Assembly (NCBI RefSeq): GCF_988242995.1
Contig: NZ_OZ547043.1
Length of the DNA stretch: 64,000 bases
Direction: 5' to 3' (one strand)
Shown: positions 39,108 through 51,700 of the stretch, piece after piece
Layout: each line of letters begins with the position of its first letter
Position numbering within the stretch: the stretch's first letter is position 1
The notes under the pieces: generated by a model
The model's input: the letters and a program-made list of their open reading frames with translations, nothing else
What the model was told of the DNA's origin: nothing
Databases searched by the model: none
Program-made: the position numbers and the translations under genes

Positions 39108-41351
39108 TCAGGCACTTTCGCGAATGGGTTCGATTTCATTCAGCGTATCAATTAACGGTTGCGGCTTACCAATAAGATAACCCTGCATATAATCGATCCC
39201 CAAAGAGAGCACCGCCTCGCGGATCTCTTCGTTTTCAACGTACTCTGCCACTACCCGCATTTTCTTCATTCGCGCCAGGTGGCAAATCGACGCCACTATC
39301 TGATAATCCAGACTATTTGACACAATATTGCGGATAAAACTGCCGTCAATTTTAAGCAAATCGGCATTCACATTTTTAAGCCGCGCATAGCTGGCGTAGC
39401 CGGTGCCGAAATCATCAATCGCAATCTGGCAGCCTAATTCCTGAAGATGCTGCAAGGTGATTTGCGCCTGCTTAACATTGGTCAGAGCATTACTTTCGGT
39501 GACTTCAAAAATAAGTTGCCACGCTTCAATTTGATATTTAGCCAGCAGCTGACTGACTTCAACGGGAAAACGAGCCTGACATACCGAGGTTGGCGACAGA
39601 TTAATGGCAAAACGGTGAGCGGGCATCTTCGCTCTGTTTTCAGCCATAAATTGCAGCGTATGCTCAATGACCCACATGTCGATACTCGACGATAAACCAA
39701 ATTCGTGCGCGACCGGCAAGAAGCTGTCGGGGCTGATCAGTTCATCATTCTCACCTTTCATACGCAGAAGAATTTCATGGTAGACATCGCCACGCATACC
39801 GGTAATCGGCTGGGCCATCAGGAAAAAATGGTTGTGTTCCAGTGCCTGCTGTAGCCGATTCATCATCGCGACTTTATCTTTCAATTCGCGTTGCAAATAC
39901 ATTGCCCCGCGACGCTGCATATTTTCCGGGGCGTTGGTCACGATGGAAAGCTCGGCGACCGTATTTAGCTCTCCCAGCAGTAAGTAGATATGATTCACTG
40001 GCGAGCGCACATAGCAGTAACTGACGCCAATCTGCGGTTGCATCGGCATTCCATCCCAAAAGAAACGAAATTGCTTGAGATGGCTATCCAGTGCGGTAAT
40101 GCGCTCCTGGTGCGATTCTGTATTCAGTCGCAGCGCGAGATCGTTACCCGAAAGCTGATAAACATCCTCACCCGGTTCCAGCAATGGTGACAGCCAGTGA
40201 GAAAGTTTTTGCTTGTATTGAATCCGCAGCATGATGCCATAGTTCTTAACCAGCATTTCCATGCCAGGGATGCGTAAATAACAAAGCGCAGACCAGGGGG
40301 CATCACGCAACGCGCGATTCAGGGCGCGAACATTTGGCAGATGAACTACCGGGTCCACATACGCAAGCCGCTGAATGCGTCTGACAACCGCTCTCTGACG
40401 GGTTGCCAGTACAGCCATATAATTGACAATAAAAGAGAATACCAGATAACTGGAGGAGGTTATGGTCAGCTGCGTGGTATAGCCAGGATAAATGGGAATG
40501 TAATTTTGATAGCTGTGGATGCTGATCATCAACACGACCGCCCAGAGCAGCGAAATCAGCTTATAACCATAGCGCATCGCTCCCCACATCATCAGGGGCA
40601 GCAATAATGACAAGGTATAGTTGGTGCTAAAAATTGTGCTTTTTTCATTTAACGGCATGCATAACAGCAGCAGTAAAGCACCTAATGCCAGTAGCCAGAG
40701 TGCGAACTCTTTTTTGGTGACTTTGACATCAACCTGCTGTTTTAATTGCGAATAATAACTACGTAAATAAAACGGATTTCGCACTACACGAATGATGAAG
40801 TAGCACAGCGGGACACCAATCAGATTGCCCACCAGTAAGGCCTGATAATTGATTAAGGTCCCGAGGTTAAAAGGCATGACGCCGACCAGATTTTCTCTGC
40901 TCGCCAGTAATCCTACAAACGCAGCAAACTGGAAAAGTATCAGAAACAGCGTTGCAGGAAACACAATCTGCCAGAATATACGCTGGGAAATTAAACGGGT
41001 ATCACCATGTGAAACGTTGTTACGCCGGGGAGTAAAGACCCTGTAACCGCCCCAACAGAGAATGATAATGATAATAAAATTAGCCGTTAATGAGAGCGTT
41101 TCGTAAAAACCCAGCTCTGCATATTTGCGGACAAAAATCCCTAAGGCGATCCCTGGCAATGCCGCCCAGCTGAAAAACATCATCATGCTGATCATCAGAG
41201 CCAGAGGCAGATAAAAGAGAAAAACCTCACCGGAAGAAATATGCGCGAAAGTATTAATGTGGGCGAAAATGGGCAAGATTAAAGAAGGCAGGAACAGCGG
41301 AAGCCCCCACCATTTATCACGTATTTTTATATAAGTTGCATTCAGTTTCAT
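39108..41351 (-). CDS. pdeF: Membrane-anchored cyclic-di-GMP phosphodiesterase PdeF (YfgF), MASE1 + degenerate GGDEF + EAL
   Basis: 747-aa ORF with N-terminal polytopic region and C-terminal EAL domain. Confidence 0.9.
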   Translation of the reverse strand: MKLNATYIKIRDKWWGLPLFLPSLILPIFAHINTFAHISSGEVFLFYLPLALMISMMMFFSWAALPGIALGIFVRKYAELGFYETLSLTANFIIIIILCWGGYRVFTPRRNNVSHGDTRLISQRIFWQIVFPATLFLILFQFAAFVGLLASRENLVGVMPFNLGTLINYQALLVGNLIGVPLCYFIIRVVRNPFYLRSYYSQLKQQVDVKVTKKEFALWLLALGALLLLLCMPLNEKSTIFSTNYTLSLLLPLMMWGAMRYGYKLISLLWAVVLMISIHSYQNYIPIYPGYTTQLTITSSSYLVFSFIVNYMAVLATRQRAVVRRIQRLAYVDPVVHLPNVRALNRALRDAPWSALCYLRIPGMEMLVKNYGIMLRIQYKQKLSHWLSPLLEPGEDVYQLSGNDLALRLNTESHQERITALDSHLKQFRFFWDGMPMQPQIGVSYCYVRSPVNHIYLLLGELNTVAELSIVTNAPENMQRRGAMYLQRELKDKVAMMNRLQQALEHNHFFLMAQPITGMRGDVYHEILLRMKGENDELISPDSFLPVAHEFGLSSSIDMWVIEHTLQFMAENRAKMPAHRFAINLSPTSVCQARFPVEVSQLLAKYQIEAWQLIFEVTESNALTNVKQAQITLQHLQELGCQIAIDDFGTGYASYARLKNVNADLLKIDGSFIRNIVSNSLDYQIVASICHLARMKKMRVVAEYVENEEIREAVLSLGIDYMQGYLIGKPQPLIDTLNEIEPIRESA

Positions 41352-41702
41352 AGATGCTCAGCAGAATCCCCCACATCCTGAAGGAGGTGTATTCAGACAG
41401 GCATCCCACCTGACTTCGAATGATGATTATTCATCACTATAGAGAGCATTGATTCTAAGTGTCATATGAAAGTTCCAATTGATATATATCAAACAAAATA
41501 ACCCTGATTAATGAATTATTACGTTTATCATGTTAATTCATCATTATTACATCATCATTGTAAATAATTAAATTAACTTCCATAACATTAAAATATGTAT
41601 CCACTGACGCTTTTTTACATAACGAAGAATTGACCATTTTGTCCTGTTGTGCCTTAATGTAAGTACCGTCCACAGCGTGGGACATACTTCAAGGAACCTT
41701 TT

Positions 41703-41894
41703 GTGAGTCAGGCAACCAGTATGCGAAAACGACACCGATTTAACAGTCGCATGACCCGTATCGTACTGCTCATCAGCTTTATCTTCTTCTTTGGCCGTTT
41801 TATCTACTCGTCCGTCGGTGCATGGCAGCACCATCAGAGCAAAAAAGAAGCTCAGCAATCCACACTCTCCGTCGAATCACCGGTACAACGTTAG
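41703..41894 (+). CDS. yfgG: Small membrane protein YfgG; GTG start
   Basis: 63-aa ORF in AT-rich region, one TM helix. Confidence 0.8.
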   Translation: MSQATSMRKRHRFNSRMTRIVLLISFIFFFGRFIYSSVGAWQHHQSKKEAQQSTLSVESPVQR

Positions 41895-42204
41895 CGGTTA
41901 CCTTCTCCACTTTCACAGAACATAACGGCACCTCGCTGTCGGATGCTTTTGCTCTTTGGGATTATCAAAGCGGCAGATATTCTTTCATCTTAAATTTTAC
42001 GTCTTTGTCCTGACTGATGTTTATCCTGTTTGGCTGCGAAATAAATATAAAATTAATACATATGTTTTAATGATGTATTTTTATAAATTATTTCCCACAT
42101 GAATTTTAATAAATTTAATCTATTCCTTTATACGCAATACATTTACTTTCCTCTTTTGATGATCTTAAATATCTTATTTTTCGTAATGTGTATAACAAGG
42201 AATA

Positions 42205-42723
42205 GTGATGAAATTTAAAAAATGTCTTCTGCCTGTGGCAATGTTAGCGTCATTCACTCTGGCAGGATGCCAGTCAAATGCTGATGATCATGCCGCCGAT
42301 GTTTATCAAACCGATCAACTGAATACCAAACAAGAAACTAAAACCGTTAATATTATTTCCATTCTTCCCGCAAAAGTTGCCGTAGACAACTCCCAAAATA
42401 AACGAAACGCACAAGCCTTCGGCGCGCTTATTGGTGCAGTCGCTGGCGGTGTAATCGGCCACAACGTGGGGTCTGGCAGCAATTCCGGAACGACGGCAGG
42501 TGCAGTTGGCGGCGGAGCTGTTGGCGCGGCAGCAGGTTCTATGGTGAATGATAAAACCTTAGTGGAAGGTGTTTCTCTAACGTATAAGGAAGGCACCAAA
42601 GTGTATACCTCCACCCAGGTGGGTAAAGAGTGCCAGTTTACGACAGGTTTAGCCGTTGTTATTACCACGACGTATAACGAAACGCGTATTCAGCCAAATA
42701 CCAAATGTCCTGAAAAGAGCTAA
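42205..42723 (+). CDS. yfgH: Outer-membrane lipoprotein YfgH (glycine-zipper)
   Basis: 172-aa ORF; lipobox LAGC; Gly-rich GxxxG zipper segment. Confidence 0.88.
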   Translation: MMKFKKCLLPVAMLASFTLAGCQSNADDHAADVYQTDQLNTKQETKTVNIISILPAKVAVDNSQNKRNAQAFGALIGAVAGGVIGHNVGSGSNSGTTAGAVGGGAVGAAAGSMVNDKTLVEGVSLTYKEGTKVYTSTQVGKECQFTTGLAVVITTTYNETRIQPNTKCPEKS

Positions 42724-42738
42724 TAATCAGGAGGAGTC

Positions 42739-43278
42739 ATGAAGAAAGTTTTTCTTTGCGCCATCTTAGCCTCCTTAAGCTATCCGGCTATCGCCTCATC
42801 ATTGCAGGATCAACTCTCTGCTGTCGCAGAAGCGGAACAGCAAGGTAAAAATGAAGAGCAAAGGCAGCATGACGAATGGGTCGCGGAGCGCAACAGGGAA
42901 ATCCAGCAAGAGAAGCAACGTCGCGCAAATGCCCAGGCCGCCGCTAATAAAAGAGCGGCAACGGCAGCGGCAAATAAGAAAGCTCGTCAGGATAAACTGG
43001 ACGCCGAAGCCACTGCGGACAAAAAACGCGATCAAAGTTATGAAGATGAGCTACGCAGCTTAGAGATTCAGAAACAAAAACTGGCGCTGGCGAAAGAAGA
43101 AACCCGCGTTAAGCGCGAAAACGAATTTATCGATCAGGAACTGAAGCACAAAGCTGCGCAAACCGATGCGGTGCAATCTGAAGCTGACGCCAACAGAAAT
43201 ATGACTGAAGGCGGTCGCGATCTGATGAAAAGCGTGGGCAAAGCAGAAGAGAACAAATCGGACAGCTGGTTTAATTAA
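42739..43278 (+). CDS. yfgI: Periplasmic coiled-coil protein YfgI
   Basis: 179-aa ORF with signal peptide and K/E/Q/A-rich low-complexity region. Confidence 0.88.
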   Translation: MKKVFLCAILASLSYPAIASSLQDQLSAVAEAEQQGKNEEQRQHDEWVAERNREIQQEKQRRANAQAAANKRAATAAANKKARQDKLDAEATADKKRDQSYEDELRSLEIQKQKLALAKEETRVKRENEFIDQELKHKAAQTDAVQSEADANRNMTEGGRDLMKSVGKAEENKSDSWFN

Positions 43279-43325
43279 TCGATGTTAGTAACTTCAAGCC
43301 TATGATTCTTGAAGATAATAAATAT

Positions 43326-43349
43326 CCTCCGGCATAGCCGGAGGTTTTT
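43326..43349 (+). terminator. Hairpin + T-run; yfgI terminator, or possibly an IS200 right-end structure
   Basis: cctccggc-atag-gccggagg followed by ttttt. Confidence 0.6.
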
Positions 43350-43425
43350 CAAATGCGCCTGTAAGGCTCTGTTACCAGCCGCGCCCTAACAGGCGCATAC
43401 GATCTGACATTTGCATTCAACTTCG

Positions 43426-43884
43426 TTACTTACGGCCCGTAAACGGGCTGCCCGGATATGGAATCGATAACTGCTCCCCCATTTTATCCTCTTCAAGCTG
43501 GTGCTTTATGTAGTCACGTATCTTCGCCGTGTTCTTACCCACCGTATCGACATAGTACCCTCGGCACCAGAACTCCCTGTTTCTGTATTTGAATTTCAAA
43601 TCCCCAAACTGCTCGTAAAGCATCAGACTGCTTTTCCCTTTCAGATATCCCATAAAGCCGGATACGCTCATTTTGGGTGGGATTTCCACAAGCATATGGA
43701 TATGATCTGCGCAGCACTCTGCTTCCAGAATCCGTACGCTTTTCCACTCACACAGCTTTCTCAAAATACTGCCTATCGCCCTACGCTTCTCTCCGTAAAA
43801 CGCCAGTCTTCGGTATTTCGGCGCAAAAACTATGTGATATTTACAGTTCCAGCGGGTGTGCGCTAAGCTCTTTTCGTCCCCCAT
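43426..43884 (-). CDS. tnpA: IS200-type Y1 transposase TnpA
   Basis: ORF 43426..43935; start at MGDEKSLAHTRWNCKYHIVFAPKYRR (152 aa); HIHMLVEIPP HUH motif and catalytic Tyr region RGYYVDTVG. Confidence 0.9.
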   Translation of the reverse strand: MGDEKSLAHTRWNCKYHIVFAPKYRRLAFYGEKRRAIGSILRKLCEWKSVRILEAECCADHIHMLVEIPPKMSVSGFMGYLKGKSSLMLYEQFGDLKFKYRNREFWCRGYYVDTVGKNTAKIRDYIKHQLEEDKMGEQLSIPYPGSPFTGRK

Positions 43885-44023
43885 TGGGACCCCCTTTTGA
43901 TTTCTTGTTTGACACTTGCAGTTGCCAGACCGCAAGGTGTTTTAACAAATCAAAAGGGGTTTTAATAACTGGCTCAAAGCTGAAAGCTTTCCGGAACCCC
44001 CAGCCTAGCTGGGGGTTTTCTGT

Positions 44024-44060
44024 GCACAAAAAACCCTCTGTAGTAACAGAGGGTTTTGTT
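44024..44060 (-). terminator. Rho-independent terminator of guaBA
   Basis: Minus-strand hairpin aaccctctgttactacagagggtt followed by TTTTTT, ~25 nt after guaA stop. Confidence 0.75.
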
Positions 44061-44081
44061 CATTCATAGTGCAGGGTCAAA

Positions 44082-45659
44082 TCATTCCCACTCAATGGTA
44101 GCTGGCGGCTTGCCGCTGATGTCATACACCACGCGGGAAATACCGTTCACTTCATTGATAATGCGGTTGGAAACGCGACCGAGGAAGTCATACGGCAGGT
44201 GCGCCCAGTGTGCGGTCATAAAGTCGATGGTTTCGACAGCACGCAGAGAAACAACCCAGTCATACTTACGACCATCGCCCATTACGCCAACGGAACGTAC
44301 CGGCAGGAAGACGGTGAATGCCTGGCTGACTTTGTCGTACAGGTCCGCTTTACGCAGTTCTTCAATGAAGATGGCGTCAGCACGGCGCAGCAGGTCACAA
44401 TACTCTTTCTTCACTTCACCCAGAACACGAACGCCAAGGCCTGGTCCCGGGAACGGGTGACGGTACAGCATGTCGTACGGCAGGCCCAGCTCCAGACCAA
44501 TCTTACGCACTTCGTCTTTGAACAGCTCTTTCAGCGGTTCAACCAGGCCCATCTTCATCTCTTTCGGCAGGCCGCCCACGTTGTGGTGAGATTTGATGAC
44601 GTGTGCTTTACCGGTTGCAGACGCCGCAGATTCGATAACGTCAGGGTAGATAGTACCCTGCGCCAGCCACTTCACGTCTTCCAGTTTCAGCGCTTCTTCA
44701 TCGAATACTTCAACGAAAACGCGCCCGATGATTTTACGTTTTGCTTCCGGATCGTTTTCGCCAGCCAGCGCTGACAGGAAGCGATCTTCTGCCGGAACGT
44801 GAACAATGTTCAGACCAAAGTGATCGCCAAACATATCCAGAACCTGCTCTGCTTCGTTGAGACGCAGCAGGCCGTTGTCGACGAATACGCAAGTCAGGTT
44901 TTTACCGATAGCGCGGTGCAGCAGCATTGCGGTTACGGAGGAATCCACACCACCAGAGAGGCCGAGGATGACTTTATCGTCGCCTACCTGCTCGCGGATG
45001 CGAGCTACAGCATCGTCGATAATTTTCGCTGGCGTCCACAGGGCTTCACACTGGCAGATATCACGCACAAAACGCTCCAGCATGCGCATACCCTGGCGGG
45101 TGTGAGTCACTTCCGGATGGAACTGTACACCATAGAAGCGTTTTTCTTCGTTAGCCATAATGGCAAACGGGCAGCTTTCGGTGCTGGCTACGGTGACGAA
45201 GTCGGACGGGATAGCGGTAACTTTATCGCCGTGGCTCATCCAGACATCGAGCAGCGGTTTACCGTCTGCGGTCAGAGCATCTTCGATACCGCGAACCAGT
45301 GCGCTGTCGTTTACGACTTCAACCTGCGCGTAGCCAAATTCACGTTCGTTAGAGGCTTCAACGTGACCGCCCAACTGCATCGCCATGGTCTGCATGCCAT
45401 AGCAAACGCCGAATACCGGTACGCCTGCTTCAAAAACATACTGCGGCGCACGCGGGCTGTTTTCTTCAGTGGTACTTTCCGGGCCGCCGGAAAGAATAAT
45501 GCCGCTTGGGTTGAAGTCACGAATTTGTGCTTCTGTCACATCCCACGCCCACAGTTCGCAGTAAACACCCAGCTCACGCACGCGGCGCGCAACCAGTTGA
45601 GTGTACTGAGAACCGAAGTCCAGAATGAGGATGCGATGCTTATGAATGTTTTCCGTCAT
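44082..45659 (-). CDS. guaA: GMP synthase (glutamine-hydrolysing)
   Basis: 525-aa ORF recognised as GuaA. Confidence 0.96.
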   Translation of the reverse strand: MTENIHKHRILILDFGSQYTQLVARRVRELGVYCELWAWDVTEAQIRDFNPSGIILSGGPESTTEENSPRAPQYVFEAGVPVFGVCYGMQTMAMQLGGHVEASNEREFGYAQVEVVNDSALVRGIEDALTADGKPLLDVWMSHGDKVTAIPSDFVTVASTESCPFAIMANEEKRFYGVQFHPEVTHTRQGMRMLERFVRDICQCEALWTPAKIIDDAVARIREQVGDDKVILGLSGGVDSSVTAMLLHRAIGKNLTCVFVDNGLLRLNEAEQVLDMFGDHFGLNIVHVPAEDRFLSALAGENDPEAKRKIIGRVFVEVFDEEALKLEDVKWLAQGTIYPDVIESAASATGKAHVIKSHHNVGGLPKEMKMGLVEPLKELFKDEVRKIGLELGLPYDMLYRHPFPGPGLGVRVLGEVKKEYCDLLRRADAIFIEELRKADLYDKVSQAFTVFLPVRSVGVMGDGRKYDWVVSLRAVETIDFMTAHWAHLPYDFLGRVSNRIINEVNGISRVVYDISGKPPATIEWE

Positions 45660-45727
45660 TGACGCTTATTCCGAGGCAAGTGAAACAGATAATATAAATC
45701 GCCCGACATGAAGTCGGGCGAAGAGAA

Positions 45728-47194
45728 TCAGGAGCCCAGACGGTAGTTCGGGGACTCTTTAGTAATGGTCACGTCGTGAACGTGGCTTTCCTGAATGCCC
45801 GCACCGCTGATACGTACAAACTCCGCTTTAGTACGCAGTTCGTCGATAGTACCACAGCCGGTCAGCCCCATACAGGAGCGCAGGCCGCCCATCTGCTGGT
45901 GAATGATCTCTTTCAGGCGACCTTTATAGGCCACGCGACCTTCGATACCTTCCGGCACCAGTTTGTCGGCAGCGTTGTCGCTCTGGAAGTAACGGTCAGA
46001 AGAACCTTTGGACATCGCGCCCAGGGAACCCATACCACGGTAAGATTTGTAAGAACGGCCCTGGTAGAGTTCGATTTCACCCGGAGATTCTTCAGTACCT
46101 GCCAGCATGGAACCCACCATCACCGCGCTTGCGCCTGCGGCGATAGCTTTGGCGATATCGCCTGAGAAACGGATACCGCCGTCAGCGATAACCGGAATAC
46201 CGGTGCCTTCCAGGGCTTCTACTGCATCAGCAACGGCGGTGATCTGTGGAACACCGACGCCAGTCACGATACGAGTCGTACAGATAGAGCCAGGGCCGAT
46301 ACCGACTTTAACCGCGCTGCAACCAGCTTCTGCCAGAGCGCGTGCCCCCGCAGCTGTTGCCACGTTGCCGCCGATGATTTGCAGATCCGGATATTTAGCA
46401 CGAGTTTCACGGATACGCTGCAGAACGCCTTCAGAGTGACCGTGAGAGGAGTCGATCAGCAGAACGTCAACGCCTGCGGCAACCAGCGCGTCAACACGCT
46501 CTTCGTTACCCGCACCCGCGCCAACCGCTGCACCAACACGCAGACGGCCTTGCTCGTCTTTACAGGCGTTCGGTTTACGTTCTGCTTTCTGGAAATCTTT
46601 CACGGTGATCATGCCGATCAGGTGGAATTCGTCATCAACCACCAGCGCTTTTTCAACGCGTTTTTCGTGCATTTTTGCCAGCACAACTTCACGGGCTTCA
46701 CCTTCACGCACGGTGACCAGACGTTCTTTCGGCGTCATGTAAACGCTAACCGGCTGGCTCAGGTCGGTAACAAAACGTACGTCACGACCGGTGATAATAC
46801 CCACCAGTTCGTTTTCTTCGGTAACGACCGGGTAGCCCGCAAAGCCGTTACGCTCGGTCAGTTCTTTCACTTCGCGCAGCGTCGTGGTTGGCAGAACAGT
46901 CTGCGGGTCAGTCACCACGCCAGATTCGTGTTTTTTCACACGGCGAACTTCTTCCGCCTGGCGTTCAATGGACATATTTTTGTGGATAAAGCCGATACCG
47001 CCTTCCTGAGCCAGAGCAATAGCCAGGCGCGCTTCCGTTACGGTATCCATTGCTGCGGAAAGCATAGGGATATTCAGACGAATAGTTTTCGTCAGCTGGG
47101 TGCTGAGGTCAGCAGTATTCGGCAGAACGGTAGAATGTGCAGGAACGAGGAGAACGTCGTCAAACGTCAGAGCTTCTTTAGCGATACGTAGCAT
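45728..47194 (-). CDS. guaB: IMP dehydrogenase
   Basis: ORF 45728..47263; start at [16 protein letters not shown] (488 aa). Confidence 0.95.
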   Translation of the reverse strand: MLRIAKEALTFDDVLLVPAHSTVLPNTADLSTQLTKTIRLNIPMLSAAMDTVTEARLAIALAQEGGIGFIHKNMSIERQAEEVRRVKKHESGVVTDPQTVLPTTTLREVKELTERNGFAGYPVVTEENELVGIITGRDVRFVTDLSQPVSVYMTPKERLVTVREGEAREVVLAKMHEKRVEKALVVDDEFHLIGMITVKDFQKAERKPNACKDEQGRLRVGAAVGAGAGNEERVDALVAAGVDVLLIDSSHGHSEGVLQRIRETRAKYPDLQIIGGNVATAAGARALAEAGCSAVKVGIGPGSICTTRIVTGVGVPQITAVADAVEALEGTGIPVIADGGIRFSGDIAKAIAAGASAVMVGSMLAGTEESPGEIELYQGRSYKSYRGMGSLGAMSKGSSDRYFQSDNAADKLVPEGIEGRVAYKGRLKEIIHQQMGGLRSCMGLTGCGTIDELRTKAEFVRISGAGIQESHVHDVTITKESPNYRLGS

Positions 47195-47246
47195 GGGCAA
47201 TATCTCGACCAGAGTGGTTAATAAATATTGCCGCGGCATTATACAG

Positions 47247-47263
47247 AGCGTAACCGATTGCAT
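47247..47263. promoter_or_regulatory. Putative PurR box in guaB promoter/leader region
   Basis: Minus-strand atgcaatcggttacgct, a PUR-box-like imperfect palindrome ~55 nt upstream of guaB start. Confidence 0.55.
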
Positions 47264-47325
47264 CTACCCCTTTTTGCAAAAAATGCTTGCTATCCCCGGA
47301 GGGCGGGTTACTATCGACTGAATAA

Positions 47326-48732
<1,407 letters not shown>

Positions 48733-48791
48733 GATGCGCCAGCATCGCATCCGGCACTGGCTCCCAGGCCACGCCAGATGCGCCATGCTGG

Positions 48792-51700
48792 TTACTGGAA
48801 GCAGGTCACCAGACCCGGTTTATTCATTAGCGTGATACTACAATCCTGTGCTCCAGTGCCTTCGTCCATTCCACACTGTTGAGAGGACAAATAAGGAAAA
48901 CTTGGTGAAGACGGCCATCCCAGTGAATTAAAAACAGTGTGCAACAACTCTAATTCATTGTATGTCGGTGCATTTTCTATGCTGCCACACTGCCTTGCAA
49001 TATCCCATTTACTGGCATCAATGATATGTGCAGAAGCCCAGTTTTCGTAGTTAATAATCGGTGAGGATACGGGATTAGCCCCGGACGGCAATTCTGTCGT
49101 TAACAACGGTCGATGTAGCGATTTACCATTCACCACTACAGTGTCTGCCATATGTCCCCAAAAGTGCGCCGAGGAAACATTCGGGCTGGTTGGTACCGTA
49201 AAAATAGCGTCCAGCGTGTCTGTCGCGGAAGCGTAATTAGCCAGAGTAACCGTCAGTGGCGTTTTATAACCAGGGGTATTATCCTGGCGGAGCGTAAAAC
49301 TTGCCGTCCCATCCGCGCCTGTCATGCCACTAATGGTATTACCGCTTTCACTCAGCGTAACAGCCGAACCAGATAACGGCTGAACGATGAGATCGTCCAT
49401 CGCCACCACATCACCATACAACGTCGCCCCAGCGTTACGCGGCGATGCATCGCCACGTTTCAAAGTAAATTCCACATTCGGTACCGTATTCCCGGCGCTG
49501 TCTTTCACCGTCACGGTAACGGGCATGGCTTCGCCTTTTTTCACTTTCGCCGCCTGAATAGCTGCGTCAAACGCTGTTGAGGTCAGTGTGACGCTGGAAA
49601 CCGTTGCGCGCGCAGACACCAGACACGCCTGATAAGCGGCATTACCATTCAATGTCGTTGTGCCATCTTTCATATTGAGCGACTGATTTTTACCATCTGT
49701 AGTCTTATCCTGCGCCCACCAGTAATAATAAACTGACCAGCCAGTTTCCGTCGTAAGGGTGTTATTGGGATAACGTTGATACAGTGACTTCATATCGCTG
49801 AGCAACGGTTGCCGGGCTTCCTCACAAGGGCTGAGGCTGGCATTTGCTTTAGTGGTTGACGAAAAATAGGGCCAGTCCTCATTATTGTTATTGGTTTTAT
49901 TTACCCCGGAGGTCGATGGCAGCTCCTTCCACAATTTCGGTCGTTCAAAGACGGTTCCATTTGCCGCTGTCACCGTTTCTGGCATATGACCCCAGTAGTC
50001 GGCATCCTGGGCGTCAGGGCTGGTGACCACGGTAAATATCAGGTCCAGGTTTGACGTGATCTGCGGATCTTGTGCAAGCGAGACCGTAAACGGCGTTGCC
50101 AGGCCGGTGGTGGCGTTTTGCGTAACATTGAACGTCACTGTGCCATCACTGCCGGTAAAACCAAGCCATTTTGCCGTATCCTGAGCAAAGGAAATACGGG
50201 TTGCTGTCGGTGTGACGACATCTACAATAAGATCATCTGCCGACGATGAGGGCCTAATTCCTGAACGACTTTTCGCCTGCGCCCGCTGAAGCGTCACGCT
50301 CTCGCCACTCAGCAGGTTGCCATTTTGGTCTTTTACTGTCACGACTAACGGGATTGTCTCGCCCTTTTTCGCCGATGCCGAAGGTGTACCGCCGTTACTG
50401 GCGGTTTTCGTCTCATCAAATGCTATTGAAGTCAGGGTAACGCTTGACGGCTTAGAGTGAGGCTGTGCCAGGCAGAGCATTAGAGCAACCGGAGAGAGTG
50501 CGGATGATACTCGTCCCGTACTTAGGTTAAAGACCTGATAATACCAGGAGCTACCATTGGAGTTAAGCAATTCATAAATCCACCAGTTTCCTGACGCTAT
50601 CGGCAACCCCAGATCTTTCGTTAACGCCCCGTTTGGGTGATCGTCATATAACCCCTGCAATTCGCTGAGGCGCGGTTGATATTCCAGCGAACAATCTGCC
50701 GTCGCTTTTTGAGTACTATATATATATGACCATGTCTCATTATTACCGTTTACCGAGCTCCCCGTAGTCGCTTCCGCTGCCAGTAATGGGCGCTTGAAGG
50801 TCACGCCTGCCGAACTGGTAAACGTTTCCGGCATATGGCCCCAGTATTTCGCTTTTGGCGAATCCGGGCTGGTTATCACCGTGAAAATGACATCCAGCGT
50901 GACGCTTTTCGAGGTATCGCGCATGAGTTCTGCGCTGAGCGGCGTTGACAGCCCATAACTGCTATTCTGGCTGACCTCAAACGTAGCTTTACCATCGCTC
51001 CCTGTCTTCAGGAGAGCCTGCGTCCCATCCCCATACAAGATTGACGTTACCCCAGTAGGTTCCACAGGTATGATGGTAAGATCATCTGCAGAAGCATCGT
51101 ACGCAGCTTTAGCGCGGTTCAGCGCAGTCCCTCGTTTAAGGTTAAAGCTGGCACCTGGCAGTGGATTGCCTGCGCTATCTCGCACCGTAACCGTCATCGG
51201 GATAACCTCTCCCTTCTTCGCTGTTGCGCTGGGCCTGCCATCATTGCTGGCCGTTTTCGTTGCATCCTCCGCCGTTGAGGTCATTTCAATAGAAGCCGCC
51301 TCTGGATGAGGGTTTACCAGGCACAGCATTAATGCCGAGGTGCTTGAAGACGCTCTTCCACTTGATCCATTTAACAGATAAATATATTGATCGTACCAGT
51401 TACCCGCATATGCCACCATGTCGTAAGCCCACCAGTAGCTATTTACCGGAATACCCAGATCGGTCTTTATCGCACGACTTGGGTGTTCGTCGTACAATGC
51501 CTGTAGTTCGCTTAACAGTGGTTGATAATGTACATCGCACCCGCTTTTATCGATATCCCCCTTTGTTGCCGATCTCAACACGGCCCACTCTTCATTGTCT
51601 TCTATAAACGACTGGCCCGACGATCTTTCAGCAGAGAGTAAGGGGCGTTTGAAGGCAGTACCAGAACGCGTAGTGAACGTTTCCGCCATATGCCCCCAGT

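Larger units (their letters stand above)
43310..44018 (-). mobile_element. IS200-family insertion sequence (IS200/IS605 group); boundaries approximate
   Basis: Contains Y1 (HUH) transposase gene; upstream end carries the palindromic hairpin cccccagc-cta-gctggggg typical of an IS200 left end; expected ~0.7 kb size fits. Confidence 0.65.

Noticed and set aside
43350-43425. Possible extra small gene or sRNA between the yfgI terminator and the tnpA stop
   Set aside because: Region contains only short palindromes (gcgcctgt...acaggcgc, gcccgtaaacgggc), most likely IS200 right-end structures; no ORF with an RBS.
44799-47191. Long antisense ORFs opposite guaA (287 aa) and guaB (270 aa)
   Set aside because: Fully contained within highly conserved genes on the opposite strand; low-complexity, no RBS context.
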